Part shown: piece after piece, positions 17,782 to 26,350 of the stretch | Position numbering within the stretch: the first letter of the stretch is position 1 | Layout of the letters: each line of letters starts with the position of its first letter | Source of the DNA: Verrucomicrobiia bacterium | GTDB lineage: Bacteria; Verrucomicrobiota; Verrucomicrobiia; JABWAM01 | Assembly: GCA_028687435.1 (NCBI GenBank) | Contig: JAQUAF010000056.1 | Span: 1-38,043, forward strand | DNA length: 38,043 nucleotides | Direction: 5' to 3' | Notes under the pieces: generated by a model | What the model was told of the DNA's origin: nothing | What the model saw: the letters and a program-made list of their open reading frames with translations, nothing else | Databases searched by the model: none | Made by a program: the position numbers and the translations under genes

Positions 17782-18243
17782 ATGAATCATGAAACGTTAT
17801 TGCTGGCGTTGGGGAATGACATTCTTGCCGACGACGCCGTGGGCTGGCTGGCGGCGCGGGAGGTGAGGGATGAGGTGAAGGATTGGGTCGATGTGGTGGA
17901 GTGTCCGGGCGCGGGGTTGTTGCTGATGGAAATGATGGCGGGATACAAGCGCGTTTTGTTGGTGGACGCCATGCAGACGGGGCATTCTCCCGTCGGAACC
18001 GTTGTTGAATTGAGTCCGGCGGATTTTGGAAAAATTGTCGCGCCGTCGCCCCATTATGCCGGATTGCCCGAGGTTTTTGCGTTGGGAAAAAGGCTGGATG
18101 TTGAGATGCCGGACGAAGTCCGGATCCTGGCCATGGAAGTGGAGAATGCCCGGGAGGTGAGGGAGGGGCTTTCTCCCGCGACATCCGCCGCCCTGCCGGC
18201 ATTCACCGGGGCGGTCAGGAAGATCCTGCGGAAATGGAAATGA
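17782..18243 (+). CDS. Hydrogenase maturation endopeptidase (HycI/HybD family)
   Basis: LLLALGNDILADDAVGW...LLLVDAM pattern typical of Ni-dependent C-terminal processing proteases. Located directly after the large subunit. An alternative GTG start exists at 17740. Confidence 0.75.
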   Translation: MNHETLLLALGNDILADDAVGWLAAREVRDEVKDWVDVVECPGAGLLLMEMMAGYKRVLLVDAMQTGHSPVGTVVELSPADFGKIVAPSPHYAGLPEVFALGKRLDVEMPDEVRILAMEVENAREVREGLSPATSAALPAFTGAVRKILRKWK

Positions 18244-18291
18244 AAAACGGCGCCTTGTTTCCGGCGTTCCTGTTCCGAACGCCCCATTGCG
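18244..18291. terminator. Putative bidirectional terminator between convergent genes: perfect 7-bp hairpin GGCGTTC-ctgttcc-GAACGCC (18263-18283) plus an overlapping alternative hairpin (18249-18268), then a U-run on the minus strand
   Basis: Inverted repeats read directly. Lies between the stop of the hydrogenase protease (+) and the stop of the SPFH gene (-). Confidence 0.4.
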
Positions 18292-19122
18292 CTACCGTTT
18301 TGATTCCTTGATGGGAAGCAGGATGTTTGCGCCCTGGCTGTTGCCCACGACCAAGGGGGTGATGCCGTTCCATTTTTCGACCATCTGGAGGTCGATCACC
18401 GCCGGATTTTCCCGGATGGATTGGCCGCGGATGCGGATGGCCTCGGCTTCGCCGGTGGCCCGGATGATCGCCGTTTTGGCCTCAATTTCAGCTTTTTGCT
18501 GGGTGAATTTCGCCTTGGCCGCCTCCTGTTCCTGAACCATTTTCTGTTCAATGGCGGCTTCCAGTTCCTTGGAGAGATTGATGTCCCTGATGACCAGATC
18601 CTCAAGAACCAGGATTGTGCCGATTTTTTTCCGGGCCAGTTCCAGCGCCTTGGTTTTGATGAGGTCCCGTTTCTTGACGACGCTTTCGGCGTTTTCAAGC
18701 GCGACGGCTTCCTTGACGGCCTCCTGGATGCGGGGATCGATCAGGGCCTGGAAAGCGTTGCCGGCATATTGGCGGTAGAGCGTGACCACCGACGCTTCGG
18801 GGATCCGATAGAGGGCCGCCAGGACGATGGTGATTTGCTGGAGGTCGGATGAGTAGCAGTCAGCCTTGGTTTCGGATGTGATTTGTTTGACCGGGATCTG
18901 GATGATGGAGGAGATCAGCGGCATTTTGAATCCCAATCCTTCCTGTTTGAAGTCGGAGGAAACGGAACCGAGGGTGACGAGGACCCCTCGGTGGCCGGGG
19001 CTGACCACATAAAATGTTGAGAAAGAGGCGATCAGCAGAATCACCACGATGGCTAGAAAAATCGCCGGCAAGGCTGATTTTGGGAGCAGATTTGAAATCG
19101 GATTATCTTTGTCATTGTACAT
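18292..19122 (-). CDS. SPFH/band-7 (prohibitin/stomatin-like) membrane protein
   Basis: N-terminal TM helix then the SPFH core. C-terminal coiled-coil rich in E/A/K (EQKMVQEQEAAKAKFTQQKAEIEAKTAIIRATGEAEA), typical of the HflK/C-prohibitin family. Confidence 0.8.
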   Translation of the reverse strand: MYNDKDNPISNLLPKSALPAIFLAIVVILLIASFSTFYVVSPGHRGVLVTLGSVSSDFKQEGLGFKMPLISSIIQIPVKQITSETKADCYSSDLQQITIVLAALYRIPEASVVTLYRQYAGNAFQALIDPRIQEAVKEAVALENAESVVKKRDLIKTKALELARKKIGTILVLEDLVIRDINLSKELEAAIEQKMVQEQEAAKAKFTQQKAEIEAKTAIIRATGEAEAIRIRGQSIRENPAVIDLQMVEKWNGITPLVVGNSQGANILLPIKESKR

Positions 19123-19172
19123 AAACGGCCTTTCTTGAGTATTTGTTGCAGGGGGGGAGTGTGATTTTGTTC

Positions 19173-19802
19173 TCAGGGGGCGGTGAATTCAAAACCTTGT
19201 TCCGCAAGCTGGATGGCCAGCCGCTTTTCGTCCTGATATTGAAGGGCGTGGAAGCCGAGCGCCTGTGCGCCGGCAACATTTTCGGGCAGATCGTCGAGAA
19301 AAAGGGTGGTGGCCGGATCGGCATGATGTTTGTCGATGGCCCACCGGTAGATGCCGGGTTGCGGCTTGGCGACGCCCACGCGGCAGGAGAAGATGAAGTC
19401 CGTGAAACATCGGAAGATGTCGTAGCGCGAGAGAAAGAAATCCACGTGCGAATCGCAGGTGTTGGAAAGGGTGTAGAGCGGAATGCCCATGGCATGCCAC
19501 TGTTCGATCCTCTCGAACATGGGTTGATTGGGGGAAAAGATGTCGCACCATGCCTCGATGAAGCTTTCCTCGGACCCCCGGTAACCGATCAGCCGGCAGG
19601 CGCCGCAGGCAAATTGCGCTGTGGTGATCCTGCCGATTTCGTAGGGAGTCCAGAGATCGCTGCGGGCGATGAGCGGAAGAATCCGGTCCGCGGCATGGTT
19701 GCAGCGCGGAGCGATTTTTTCCAGTGAGGCGGTGAAATCAAATTTCAGGATCACCATGCCAATGTCGAGAAGGATGGTTTTGATGGGGACGCGCTTTTTC
19801 AC
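19173..19802 (-). CDS. HAD-superfamily hydrolase
   Basis: HAD-like motif arrangement (motif I region LLDIGMV; distal LFLDDLPENV motif IV). Confidence 0.65.
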   Translation of the reverse strand: MKKRVPIKTILLDIGMVILKFDFTASLEKIAPRCNHAADRILPLIARSDLWTPYEIGRITTAQFACGACRLIGYRGSEESFIEAWCDIFSPNQPMFERIEQWHAMGIPLYTLSNTCDSHVDFFLSRYDIFRCFTDFIFSCRVGVAKPQPGIYRWAIDKHHADPATTLFLDDLPENVAGAQALGFHALQYQDEKRLAIQLAEQGFEFTAP

Positions 19803-19820
19803 CGGTGGAGGGGGTGGGGA

Positions 19821-20933
19821 TCAAACTTTGGCTGCGGCGCCCGCCTGGGGAAGGCGGATCTGGATGGTGACGCCTTTGCCCTGGTCGCAACGCAAGGCAA
19901 CGGTTCCCTTGTGGGCTTCGATGAGTTTCTGTACGACGGTCATGGCCAGTCCGGCGCCTTTTCTTTCCGTGCGCATCACCATGGGTTTGAAAAAATTCCC
20001 CCTCATGTTTTCGGGAATTGCGGGGCCGTTGTCTTGCACGTCGATGGCCACCTGATCGTCGACGTCATATGCCCGGATGCCGATGACGCCGCCCTGTCCG
20101 CCGATTCGTTCCATGGCGGATTCCACAAGATTGAGAAAAACATGCTGGACGCGGTGCGGATCCACGTGGATTTCAGTTTCGATGCCCTGGATGGAAACCT
20201 GAAATCCGGAACGGTTCAGCAATTCCTTGTGGTTTTCGGAAAATTGGTTGAGGAGATCCTTGACCTTGATGTTTTCCCGTTTGAGGGTGGTGACACTGCG
20301 CGTGAATTCAAGCAGGTCATGGACGATGGTGACAACCCGGTCGGTTTGTTCGACGATGAGGCGGCAGTTTTCGCGCGTTTTGGAATCATGGTGGGCGTTC
20401 ATGACCAGTTCGGATGATCCGCGGATGGCGCCCAGGCAATTTTTCAGATCATGAATGATCCGGCTGGAGGCTTCACCGATCAGTTTTAGCTCCTCCTGGC
20501 GCACAAAGCCCTCGACAACCCGTTCATTTGATGCGCGCAGATTGTCCATGATGTTTTGGAAAAAATGAAGGCCGGCGCGCGCGGGTTCCTGGTTCAGGAT
20601 TCGCAACAGGGGAGTGCCGGGGATTCTGGCGACGCGGCTGGCGCCGCGGCTGGTGGCGCGCGCGCTCCGGGGATTGCCGTCGAGGATGCCCATTTCGCCG
20701 AAATAATCCCCCGGGGAAACCCGTTGCAGAATCACCTGGCGGCGGCCGTCGCCGCTTTTTTTGGACAATTCAATCTGTCCCTCAGTCAACAGATAGAAGC
20801 AATCCGAGGGGTCGCCTTCCTCAAAGAGAATGGTCTGGTCGTTGAAGGATATTTCCTCGGCATATTCCGCCAGGGCCCGGGCGCCTGCTTCAGTGAAATA
20901 GGTGAAAAAACGGTTGTTGAGCAGCAGGTTCAT
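19821..20933 (-). CDS. Sensor histidine kinase with N-terminal cyclic-nucleotide-binding domain
   Basis: cNMP-binding signature (FGEMGILDGNPRSARATS). HisKA H-box (SSRIIHDLKNCLGAIRGSSEL). HATPase N/G boxes (DNGPAIPEN..., GAGLGLAMT). Confidence 0.8.
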   Translation of the reverse strand: MNLLLNNRFFTYFTEAGARALAEYAEEISFNDQTILFEEGDPSDCFYLLTEGQIELSKKSGDGRRQVILQRVSPGDYFGEMGILDGNPRSARATSRGASRVARIPGTPLLRILNQEPARAGLHFFQNIMDNLRASNERVVEGFVRQEELKLIGEASSRIIHDLKNCLGAIRGSSELVMNAHHDSKTRENCRLIVEQTDRVVTIVHDLLEFTRSVTTLKRENIKVKDLLNQFSENHKELLNRSGFQVSIQGIETEIHVDPHRVQHVFLNLVESAMERIGGQGGVIGIRAYDVDDQVAIDVQDNGPAIPENMRGNFFKPMVMRTERKGAGLAMTVVQKLIEAHKGTVALRCDQGKGVTIQIRLPQAGAAAKV

Positions 20934-21074
20934 GCCTGTGCAATAGCCTGAAAAGCTTTTGGTTTCAAGGTTTAAGGGACAAGGGGGATGGGGGCAGGCG
21001 ATCGGGGTTCCAAGCGCTTTTCGGATTCGATGGACAAGGAAGGCGGCGAGGACCGAGGGAATGAAAGGAGGTTG

Positions 21075-21094
21075 CCGGGCATCGAGCCTGCCCG
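21075..21094 (-). terminator. Hairpin CGGGCA-n7-TGCCCG immediately downstream of the priA stop
   Basis: 6-bp stem and 7-nt loop read directly. Weak T-rich tail on the minus strand. Confidence 0.3.
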
Positions 21095-21095
21095 T

Positions 21096-23351
21096 TCAGA
21101 GCATGTTCAGAGGATCGACATTGGCGGTGATCAGAACGTCTGTGGAGCGGGGGAGGGATGCCAGGATTTCGCGAACGATTTGTTTCTGGCGCTTGTTGCG
21201 GCTGTCTCGCAGCAGCAGATGAACCCGGTGTTTGTCCCGGAGACGGGAAAGCGGCGCAGGGCACGGGCCGAGAATCCGCAGAGAGGAACCGATTTTTTCT
21301 TCCAAGGATTGGCGAAGCCTGGCGGCGGCCAGTTCGGCGTGTTCGGGTTTTTCCGAGGAACACTCGATCTGGGTCAGGTGATTGAAAGGGGGATAATCGA
21401 GTTCTTTGCGGAAAAGGGTTTCCTGATGGTAAAGCCCCTCGAAATCGTGCAGGCGGGCGAACCGTATGGCCGGGTGCTCCGGGGTGAAGGTTTGCACCAG
21501 GACTTCGCCTTCGATGTCGCCGCGTCCGGCGCGTCCCGCAACCTGGGTGATTTGCTGGAAGACGCGCTCCCCGCCGCGAAAATCCGGCATGTGCAGTCCC
21601 ACGTCGGCGTTGATGATTCCCACCAGTGTGACCCGCGGAAAGTCGAGTCCCTTGGCGATCATCTGGGTGCCCAGCAGGATGTCGATCTTTCCCATCTTGA
21701 AGCGCAGAAGGGTGCGTTCGTAATCGTGGCGGTGGGTCATGACATCGGAATCCATGCGCGCCACGCGGGCTTTGGGGAAGAGGGCGGCGACCAGTTCCTC
21801 GAGTTTTTCGGTGCCTGTTCCGCTGAAGCGGATGGCTGGATCGCGGCAGTTTTCGGATGGGCAGACCCGGGGCGCGGGCTGTTGGCAACCGCAAAAGTGG
21901 CAGGTCAATTTTTGGGCTTGAAGATGGTAGGCGAGGGTGATGCTGCAATGGGGACACATGGCCACATAACCGCATTTTTTGCAGATCAGGCTGGTGGCGT
22001 AGCCCCGGCGGTTTAGGTAGAGGATGACCTGTTCGCCGCGGTCAAGGCGGGCGCGGATGGCGGAAAGCAGAAATGCGGAGATGACATGATTTTTGGGGTT
22101 TCTGCTGATTTCCCCCCGCATGTCCACGATGCGAACGGTGGGCATCCTGCGGTTGTCGATGCGTTCGCTCATGCGGCAGAGCTGGTATTTGCCCGTCCGG
22201 GCATTGTGATACGATTCCAAACAGGGGGTGGCCGATCCCAGAGTCACGGCTGCTCCTTCCAGATGTCCGCGCATGACGGCAATGTCCCGGGCATGGTAAT
22301 GCGGCGCCTTTTCCTGTTTGTAAGTCTGTTCGTGTTCCTCGTCCACTACGATGAGTCCGAGACGCTGGACCGGCGCGAAGACGGCGGAACGCGCGCCGAC
22401 CACCAGCCGGGCTTCTCCTTTGCGGATGCGTTGCCATTCGCGGAAGCGTTCGCCGTCCGAAAGGCTGCTGTGCAGCACGGCCAGGATCCGCGCGGCGCCG
22501 GTTTCATCCATGAAGCGGGAGCGCAGCCGTTCGATGGTTTGCGGAGTCAGCGCGATTTCCGGCACCAGCATGATGGCGCCGCGGCCTTCCTTGAGGATGT
22601 GGGCCATGGCCTGGAGATAAACCTCGGTTTTGCCGCTGCCGGTGACGCCGTGAAGGAGAATGGGTTTGGGATGAGGCTGGCCGGTCGCGGCCAGGATTTG
22701 TTCGCAGGCCAGTTTTTGCTGGGTTGTCAGGGGCAGGGGACGGGATGGGAGGATTTCGGCGGCGGCTGTTTCCAGTTCGGGATCGGTTCGGGGCGCCACT
22801 TCCCGCATGCTGGAACGTTTTTGGACCACGGCAGGGGTGACGCTGCGCAAAACCAGATCCAGCGGGGTGAGGTAGTAACCGGCCATCCACTCAGCCAGCC
22901 GCATGAGTTCGGTGGTGATGACCGGGGTGTCGCCAAGAACGTCGCGAATGGGTTTGAGTTCATGAAGCGGAGGAATATCCCCGTGGGATTGGAGGGGGAG
23001 GCTTTCGATCTTGAGAACGGTGCCCAGGATCCGGCGATTGCCAAAGGGAACATGCACCCGGGCGCCTGGCTGGACTTGTCGTTTCAGGCCGCGGGGGATC
23101 AGGTAATGAAATTCCTTGTTGATTCGCATGTCCACCCGCACGAGCGCCACACCGCAAATTTCGCCCGCAGGCGGCGAAATGCCTGTTTCGACGGCCAGCA
23201 GACCCAAATCTGTGTTGAGGGATTTCAAGATTTTATCAGGGTGTGTCTCATGCGGACCTTCCCAACTCCCCATTGTCAAGGATGAGATTGATGAACCTCC
23301 CCCCTGACACGGGGAGGAATCAGGGGAGGGCGGGCGCTTTTCTGTCCCCAA
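21096..23351 (-). CDS. priA: Primosomal protein N' (replication restart helicase PriA)
   Basis: Walker A GVTGSGKTEVYL. DEEHE box. Cys-rich zinc-binding insertion (CKKCGYVAMCPHCSITLAYH...CHFCGC). Helicase C-domain. The N-terminal 25-70 aa of the ORF look non-PriA, so the real start is probably internal or non-ATG. Confidence 0.85.
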   Translation of the reverse strand: MGTEKRPPSPDSSPCQGGGSSISSLTMGSWEGPHETHPDKILKSLNTDLGLLAVETGISPPAGEICGVALVRVDMRINKEFHYLIPRGLKRQVQPGARVHVPFGNRRILGTVLKIESLPLQSHGDIPPLHELKPIRDVLGDTPVITTELMRLAEWMAGYYLTPLDLVLRSVTPAVVQKRSSMREVAPRTDPELETAAAEILPSRPLPLTTQQKLACEQILAATGQPHPKPILLHGVTGSGKTEVYLQAMAHILKEGRGAIMLVPEIALTPQTIERLRSRFMDETGAARILAVLHSSLSDGERFREWQRIRKGEARLVVGARSAVFAPVQRLGLIVVDEEHEQTYKQEKAPHYHARDIAVMRGHLEGAAVTLGSATPCLESYHNARTGKYQLCRMSERIDNRRMPTVRIVDMRGEISRNPKNHVISAFLLSAIRARLDRGEQVILYLNRRGYATSLICKKCGYVAMCPHCSITLAYHLQAQKLTCHFCGCQQPAPRVCPSENCRDPAIRFSGTGTEKLEELVAALFPKARVARMDSDVMTHRHDYERTLLRFKMGKIDILLGTQMIAKGLDFPRVTLVGIINADVGLHMPDFRGGERVFQQITQVAGRAGRGDIEGEVLVQTFTPEHPAIRFARLHDFEGLYHQETLFRKELDYPPFNHLTQIECSSEKPEHAELAAARLRQSLEEKIGSSLRILGPCPAPLSRLRDKHRVHLLLRDSRNKRQKQIVREILASLPRSTDVLITANVDPLNML

Positions 23352-23372
23352 AAGGAAGTGGCCCGTGCAGGG

Positions 23373-23987
23373 TCAACAATTCAATCCCGCTCGTTGCGCA
23401 AGGTCCAGGATCTGGACTGCCGCATCATCGGCGGTGCATCCGATGGAGAGAATACCGTCGTCGCGCATGATAAGCAGGTTTCCCTTGCCCAAGTCGGCGG
23501 TCATGGTGTCAACGGCGCGTGAATCGCCTGGGGAAAAACGACCGTCGGTTTCAGGCAGCCCCATCTGTCGCGCGGTTTTTTCCAAACCGGGGTTGAAGGC
23601 ATGGATGGCAAAGATGGCGCCGGCGCGATTTTGATAGGCCATGGCATGGTAGAGGCAGGTGGTGGTCAGTTCGCCTGCGCCATGGGCTTGGATTCGCCCG
23701 GTGTTGACGTTCCATGCGTCGACAAAAACCAGATCGCGGGATGATGGTTGTTTCAGGCTGGTTTGCTGGCTGGTGATGACAAAACCCAATCCATGACGGT
23801 AACTCAGGCTGCCTTTGAAGCCGTTGGGCGTGGGGCCAAGAAGATTCAGATCGGCAAGCCGGCGGCACCAGGTGAACAATGTCGAGGCGAAAGGTTCTTT
23901 CACCGGACAAGGTTGTCCGGATTTGGAGACTTGCCATGTGGTTGAACGGGAGATTTCCGGAGGGGGCATAAATTTATTTGCGGGCAA
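23373..23987 (-). CDS. Class II aldolase/adducin-fold protein, apparently lacking one metal-binding His (possibly non-catalytic)
   Basis: Segments GSLSYRHGLGFVITSQ, DLVFVDAWN and HAMAYQNRAGAIFAIHAFN align by eye to FucA GNVSVRYQDGMLITPTG, HIVFIDGNG and HMAAYQSRPDANAVVHNHAV. The HNH zinc ligands are replaced by IHAF. Confidence 0.5.
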   Translation of the reverse strand: MPANKFMPPPEISRSTTWQVSKSGQPCPVKEPFASTLFTWCRRLADLNLLGPTPNGFKGSLSYRHGLGFVITSQQTSLKQPSSRDLVFVDAWNVNTGRIQAHGAGELTTTCLYHAMAYQNRAGAIFAIHAFNPGLEKTARQMGLPETDGRFSPGDSRAVDTMTADLGKGNLLIMRDDGILSIGCTADDAAVQILDLAQRAGLNC

Positions 23988-24963
23988 TCAGTTCGCTGGT
24001 TTCCTTGAGAATTTCGATGCCGATATCGCGCACGGTGCACAGGTATCCCTTTAACTCACCGGAAGTGATCATGACTTCCGTTCCCTCGGCGGCTTGATCG
24101 CCGGTTTGTTCCCGGTAAAGGGTGTCCACCGTGCCGGAACGATGACGGATCAACAGCCGGCGCTGATTGAGAATTTCCAGTTCGCGCCGGTTCAACAGCA
24201 TTTGCAACTGGCCGCCGCCGGGGAAAGTCACCCGGAAAAGATGTTTGAGTTGTTCGACGGCGTTGGACGCCTGGAGATTGATCAAAAGCGCCGGGCCGTT
24301 TTTGAGCGCCGGTTGGGCGGCTGAATCCGTGGAAAAAAAGTGGACCAGATCCTTGGTGTGAGGATCGTGGGTCAGCCGGTTGGAGAGTGCGGCGTCCCGG
24401 GCGGCCAGAGTGGAGATGCAGTCGATGACCAGGGTCTCAAGGGTTTCCCATGCTTGCGCCACACCCTGCCTCAAAAGCGAAAACGCCGCAGTTTCATATT
24501 GTTTGGATTGATAGATGCAGGAAAGATATTCGATGGCGGCATTGGTCCACTGTTCTCTCCGGTCCGGATCATCGATCTCCTTGGTGAATTGCGCCTTGGC
24601 GGCGGCGGATGCCTCGGGACAGGGGGTGTTGCCCTTTACGCCCCGGGAGACTCTTTCGGCAGCGCGCAGTTCCTCATATCGGGATCTCATCCGCATTCCC
24701 ACGGCCACGAGCATGGGCATGAAAACAGTCAGCCCGGCGCCTTCCAGGTTTTTGCGGAAGGATTTCACCAAGGGCTGGGCTTGGGCGGGATAATGACGGC
24801 TGTTTTCCGCGAACCAGGCGTAGAACGTCTTGCCGTCCAGAGGAATGAAAATGGCGTCTTCCCCGGAAAAAGGAGCGTCGGTTTTGGGGGGCGGCGGAGG
24901 CAGTTTTTGAGTGGCACTGTCCATGTCGGGGAGATCTGTAGCGAATTGGCATGTCGTGCGCAA
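23974..24963 (-). CDS. Hypothetical protein (no recognisable domain), overlapping the downstream aldolase-like gene by 14 nt
   Basis: 329-aa ORF with ordinary composition and codon periodicity. Same strand as priA and tightly packed, suggesting co-transcription. Confidence 0.45.
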   Translation of the reverse strand: MRTTCQFATDLPDMDSATQKLPPPPPKTDAPFSGEDAIFIPLDGKTFYAWFAENSRHYPAQAQPLVKSFRKNLEGAGLTVFMPMLVAVGMRMRSRYEELRAAERVSRGVKGNTPCPEASAAAKAQFTKEIDDPDRREQWTNAAIEYLSCIYQSKQYETAAFSLLRQGVAQAWETLETLVIDCISTLAARDAALSNRLTHDPHTKDLVHFFSTDSAAQPALKNGPALLINLQASNAVEQLKHLFRVTFPGGGQLQMLLNRRELEILNQRRLLIRHRSGTVDTLYREQTGDQAAEGTEVMITSGELKGYLCTVRDIGIEILKETSELIARK

Positions 24964-24984
24964 GCTTTGCCACGCTGGTTTTGA

Positions 24985-25228
24985 TAAAAGTTTTTCTTTT
25001 GGCTTCCCTTGAATGGGCGAAGTATTTGTTTAGAATTATTTTAAAAATTTTTCTTGCATTTTTAAAAACGTCCCTCATAGTCCCGCGAATAGTTTATCTT
25101 CCTCAAGATTTAGTGGATGGACTGCAGAGTCGGTAGTATCTGTCTCAGCGGCATCCCGGGCTCCGAGGTGGAGAACCGATCGCTGGGGCAGGGATAAACT
25201 ACCAAGTTAGAAAACGAAAGGTATATTC
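24985..25228 (+). promoter_or_regulatory. AT-rich promoter/UP-like region (ttattttaaaaatttttcttgcatttttaaaaacg) and ~130-nt leader upstream of the RRM protein gene
   Basis: Striking AT island in a GC-rich genome with a TTGCAT -35-like hexamer, then a long GC-rich untranslated stretch before the ATG at 25229. Confidence 0.35.
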
Positions 25229-25546
25229 ATGGGCAAACGCCTATTTGTCGGTAATCTGTCATTCCACACCACTGATTCAACCCTGCAATCCCACTTCAGC
25301 CAGGCTGGAGCCGTTGTCAGCGTTGATCTCGTCACGGATAAAGTGACGGGGCGCAGTCGCGGGTTCGCATTCGTTGAAATGGGCACTGACGACGAAGCTC
25401 GCAAAGCCATCGAAATGTTCGACGGCAAGGACCTCGACGAGCGGAGTCTGAAGGTTAACGAGGCTCGTCCTCGTGAGGAACGTCCTTCGGGCATGGGTGG
25501 CGGAGGCCCCCGCCGCGGTGGATTCCGTCCCCACTCGCGTGGTTGA
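25229..25546 (+). CDS. RRM-type (RNP-1/RNP-2) RNA-binding protein with Gly/Arg-rich tail
   Basis: RNP-2 LFVGNL and RNP-1 RGFAFVEM motifs. C-terminal GMGGGGPRRGGFRP tail. 105 aa. Confidence 0.85.
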   Translation: MGKRLFVGNLSFHTTDSTLQSHFSQAGAVVSVDLVTDKVTGRSRGFAFVEMGTDDEARKAIEMFDGKDLDERSLKVNEARPREERPSGMGGGGPRRGGFRPHSRG

Positions 25547-26347
25547 TTAACTGGCCGCGGAAGCGGTTCGGTTCTTCTTGTTGTCCGGAGTGTCGCGGAA
25601 GAGTATTTCTGCGACATTCCGGACATATTGTTCGTCCGTGAGCCCTTCTGTGGCTTCGGCGGGAAAGGGTGTGATTTGCCGGAAATGTCCGGCCAGTTCG
25701 GCAAAGAGTTTTACGCGTTCAATGTCGTCCAGTTCATTCCGCCTTAACAAGGCGTCAAGAGCCAGTCGGGCGTCTTCTGCCGTGACCCGCTGGCGCAGCC
25801 GGGCGGTCAGATGGGGATGGGAAACAAGCGAGTTGTATTTTCCGGCCAGCAACTGTTCCAAGTCCGGTTCGAGGATTTCAGGGTTGCGGATGACAATGGT
25901 GTTGGCGGCAAGATCGCCAAGACGTTGCGCCCGTGGGCTTAAAACACAGGCAATCCCCCCGGCCAGATAGAAGAGAGGCAGACTGTCCACGAATCGCAGG
26001 AGATTGCGCATGACGATTTGGTTGAGGCGCAGCCGCATGCCCTGTTGATCGGTCACTCTCAGTCGAAGCAGCCATTTGCCAAGGGTTTGACCGCGCCAGA
26101 ACCATTCCAGAACCATTCCATAGCCGATGCTGATGGTGAAATAGAGCAGCAGAAACAGGCTTATTCCCAGATCCATGCTCAGGCGGGAGATCAGGAAAAT
26201 GGGGATTTGGATGCATTGAATGATGACCATGATGCAGACGCAGTCAATGATCCATGCAAGAAACCGCGATACCGGACTGGCCAGCAGCAGGGGAAAGGCG
26301 ATGCCTTCGGGCGTGCGGATGATCAGGGCATGGGTTTTGGTGAGCAT
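25547..26347 (-). CDS. RDD-family membrane protein
   Basis: RDD-domain features (conserved R...DD pattern; TM helices flanking FLAWIIDCVCIMVII). Last gene of the MoxR-containing operon. Confidence 0.65.
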   Translation of the reverse strand: MLTKTHALIIRTPEGIAFPLLLASPVSRFLAWIIDCVCIMVIIQCIQIPIFLISRLSMDLGISLFLLLYFTISIGYGMVLEWFWRGQTLGKWLLRLRVTDQQGMRLRLNQIVMRNLLRFVDSLPLFYLAGGIACVLSPRAQRLGDLAANTIVIRNPEILEPDLEQLLAGKYNSLVSHPHLTARLRQRVTAEDARLALDALLRRNELDDIERVKLFAELAGHFRQITPFPAEATEGLTDEQYVRNVAEILFRDTPDNKKNRTASAAS

Positions 26348-26350
26348 GGG

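Noticed and set aside
16165-17790. 541-aa antisense ORF opposite mvhA. Similar antisense ORFs lie opposite hdrB (11691-12536), hdrA (12829-14250), pbpC (6841-7818) and priA (22086-23285, 20988-22016).
   Set aside because: The sense-strand genes carry unmistakable catalytic motifs. The antisense frames are compositionally biased artefacts of GC-rich coding DNA.
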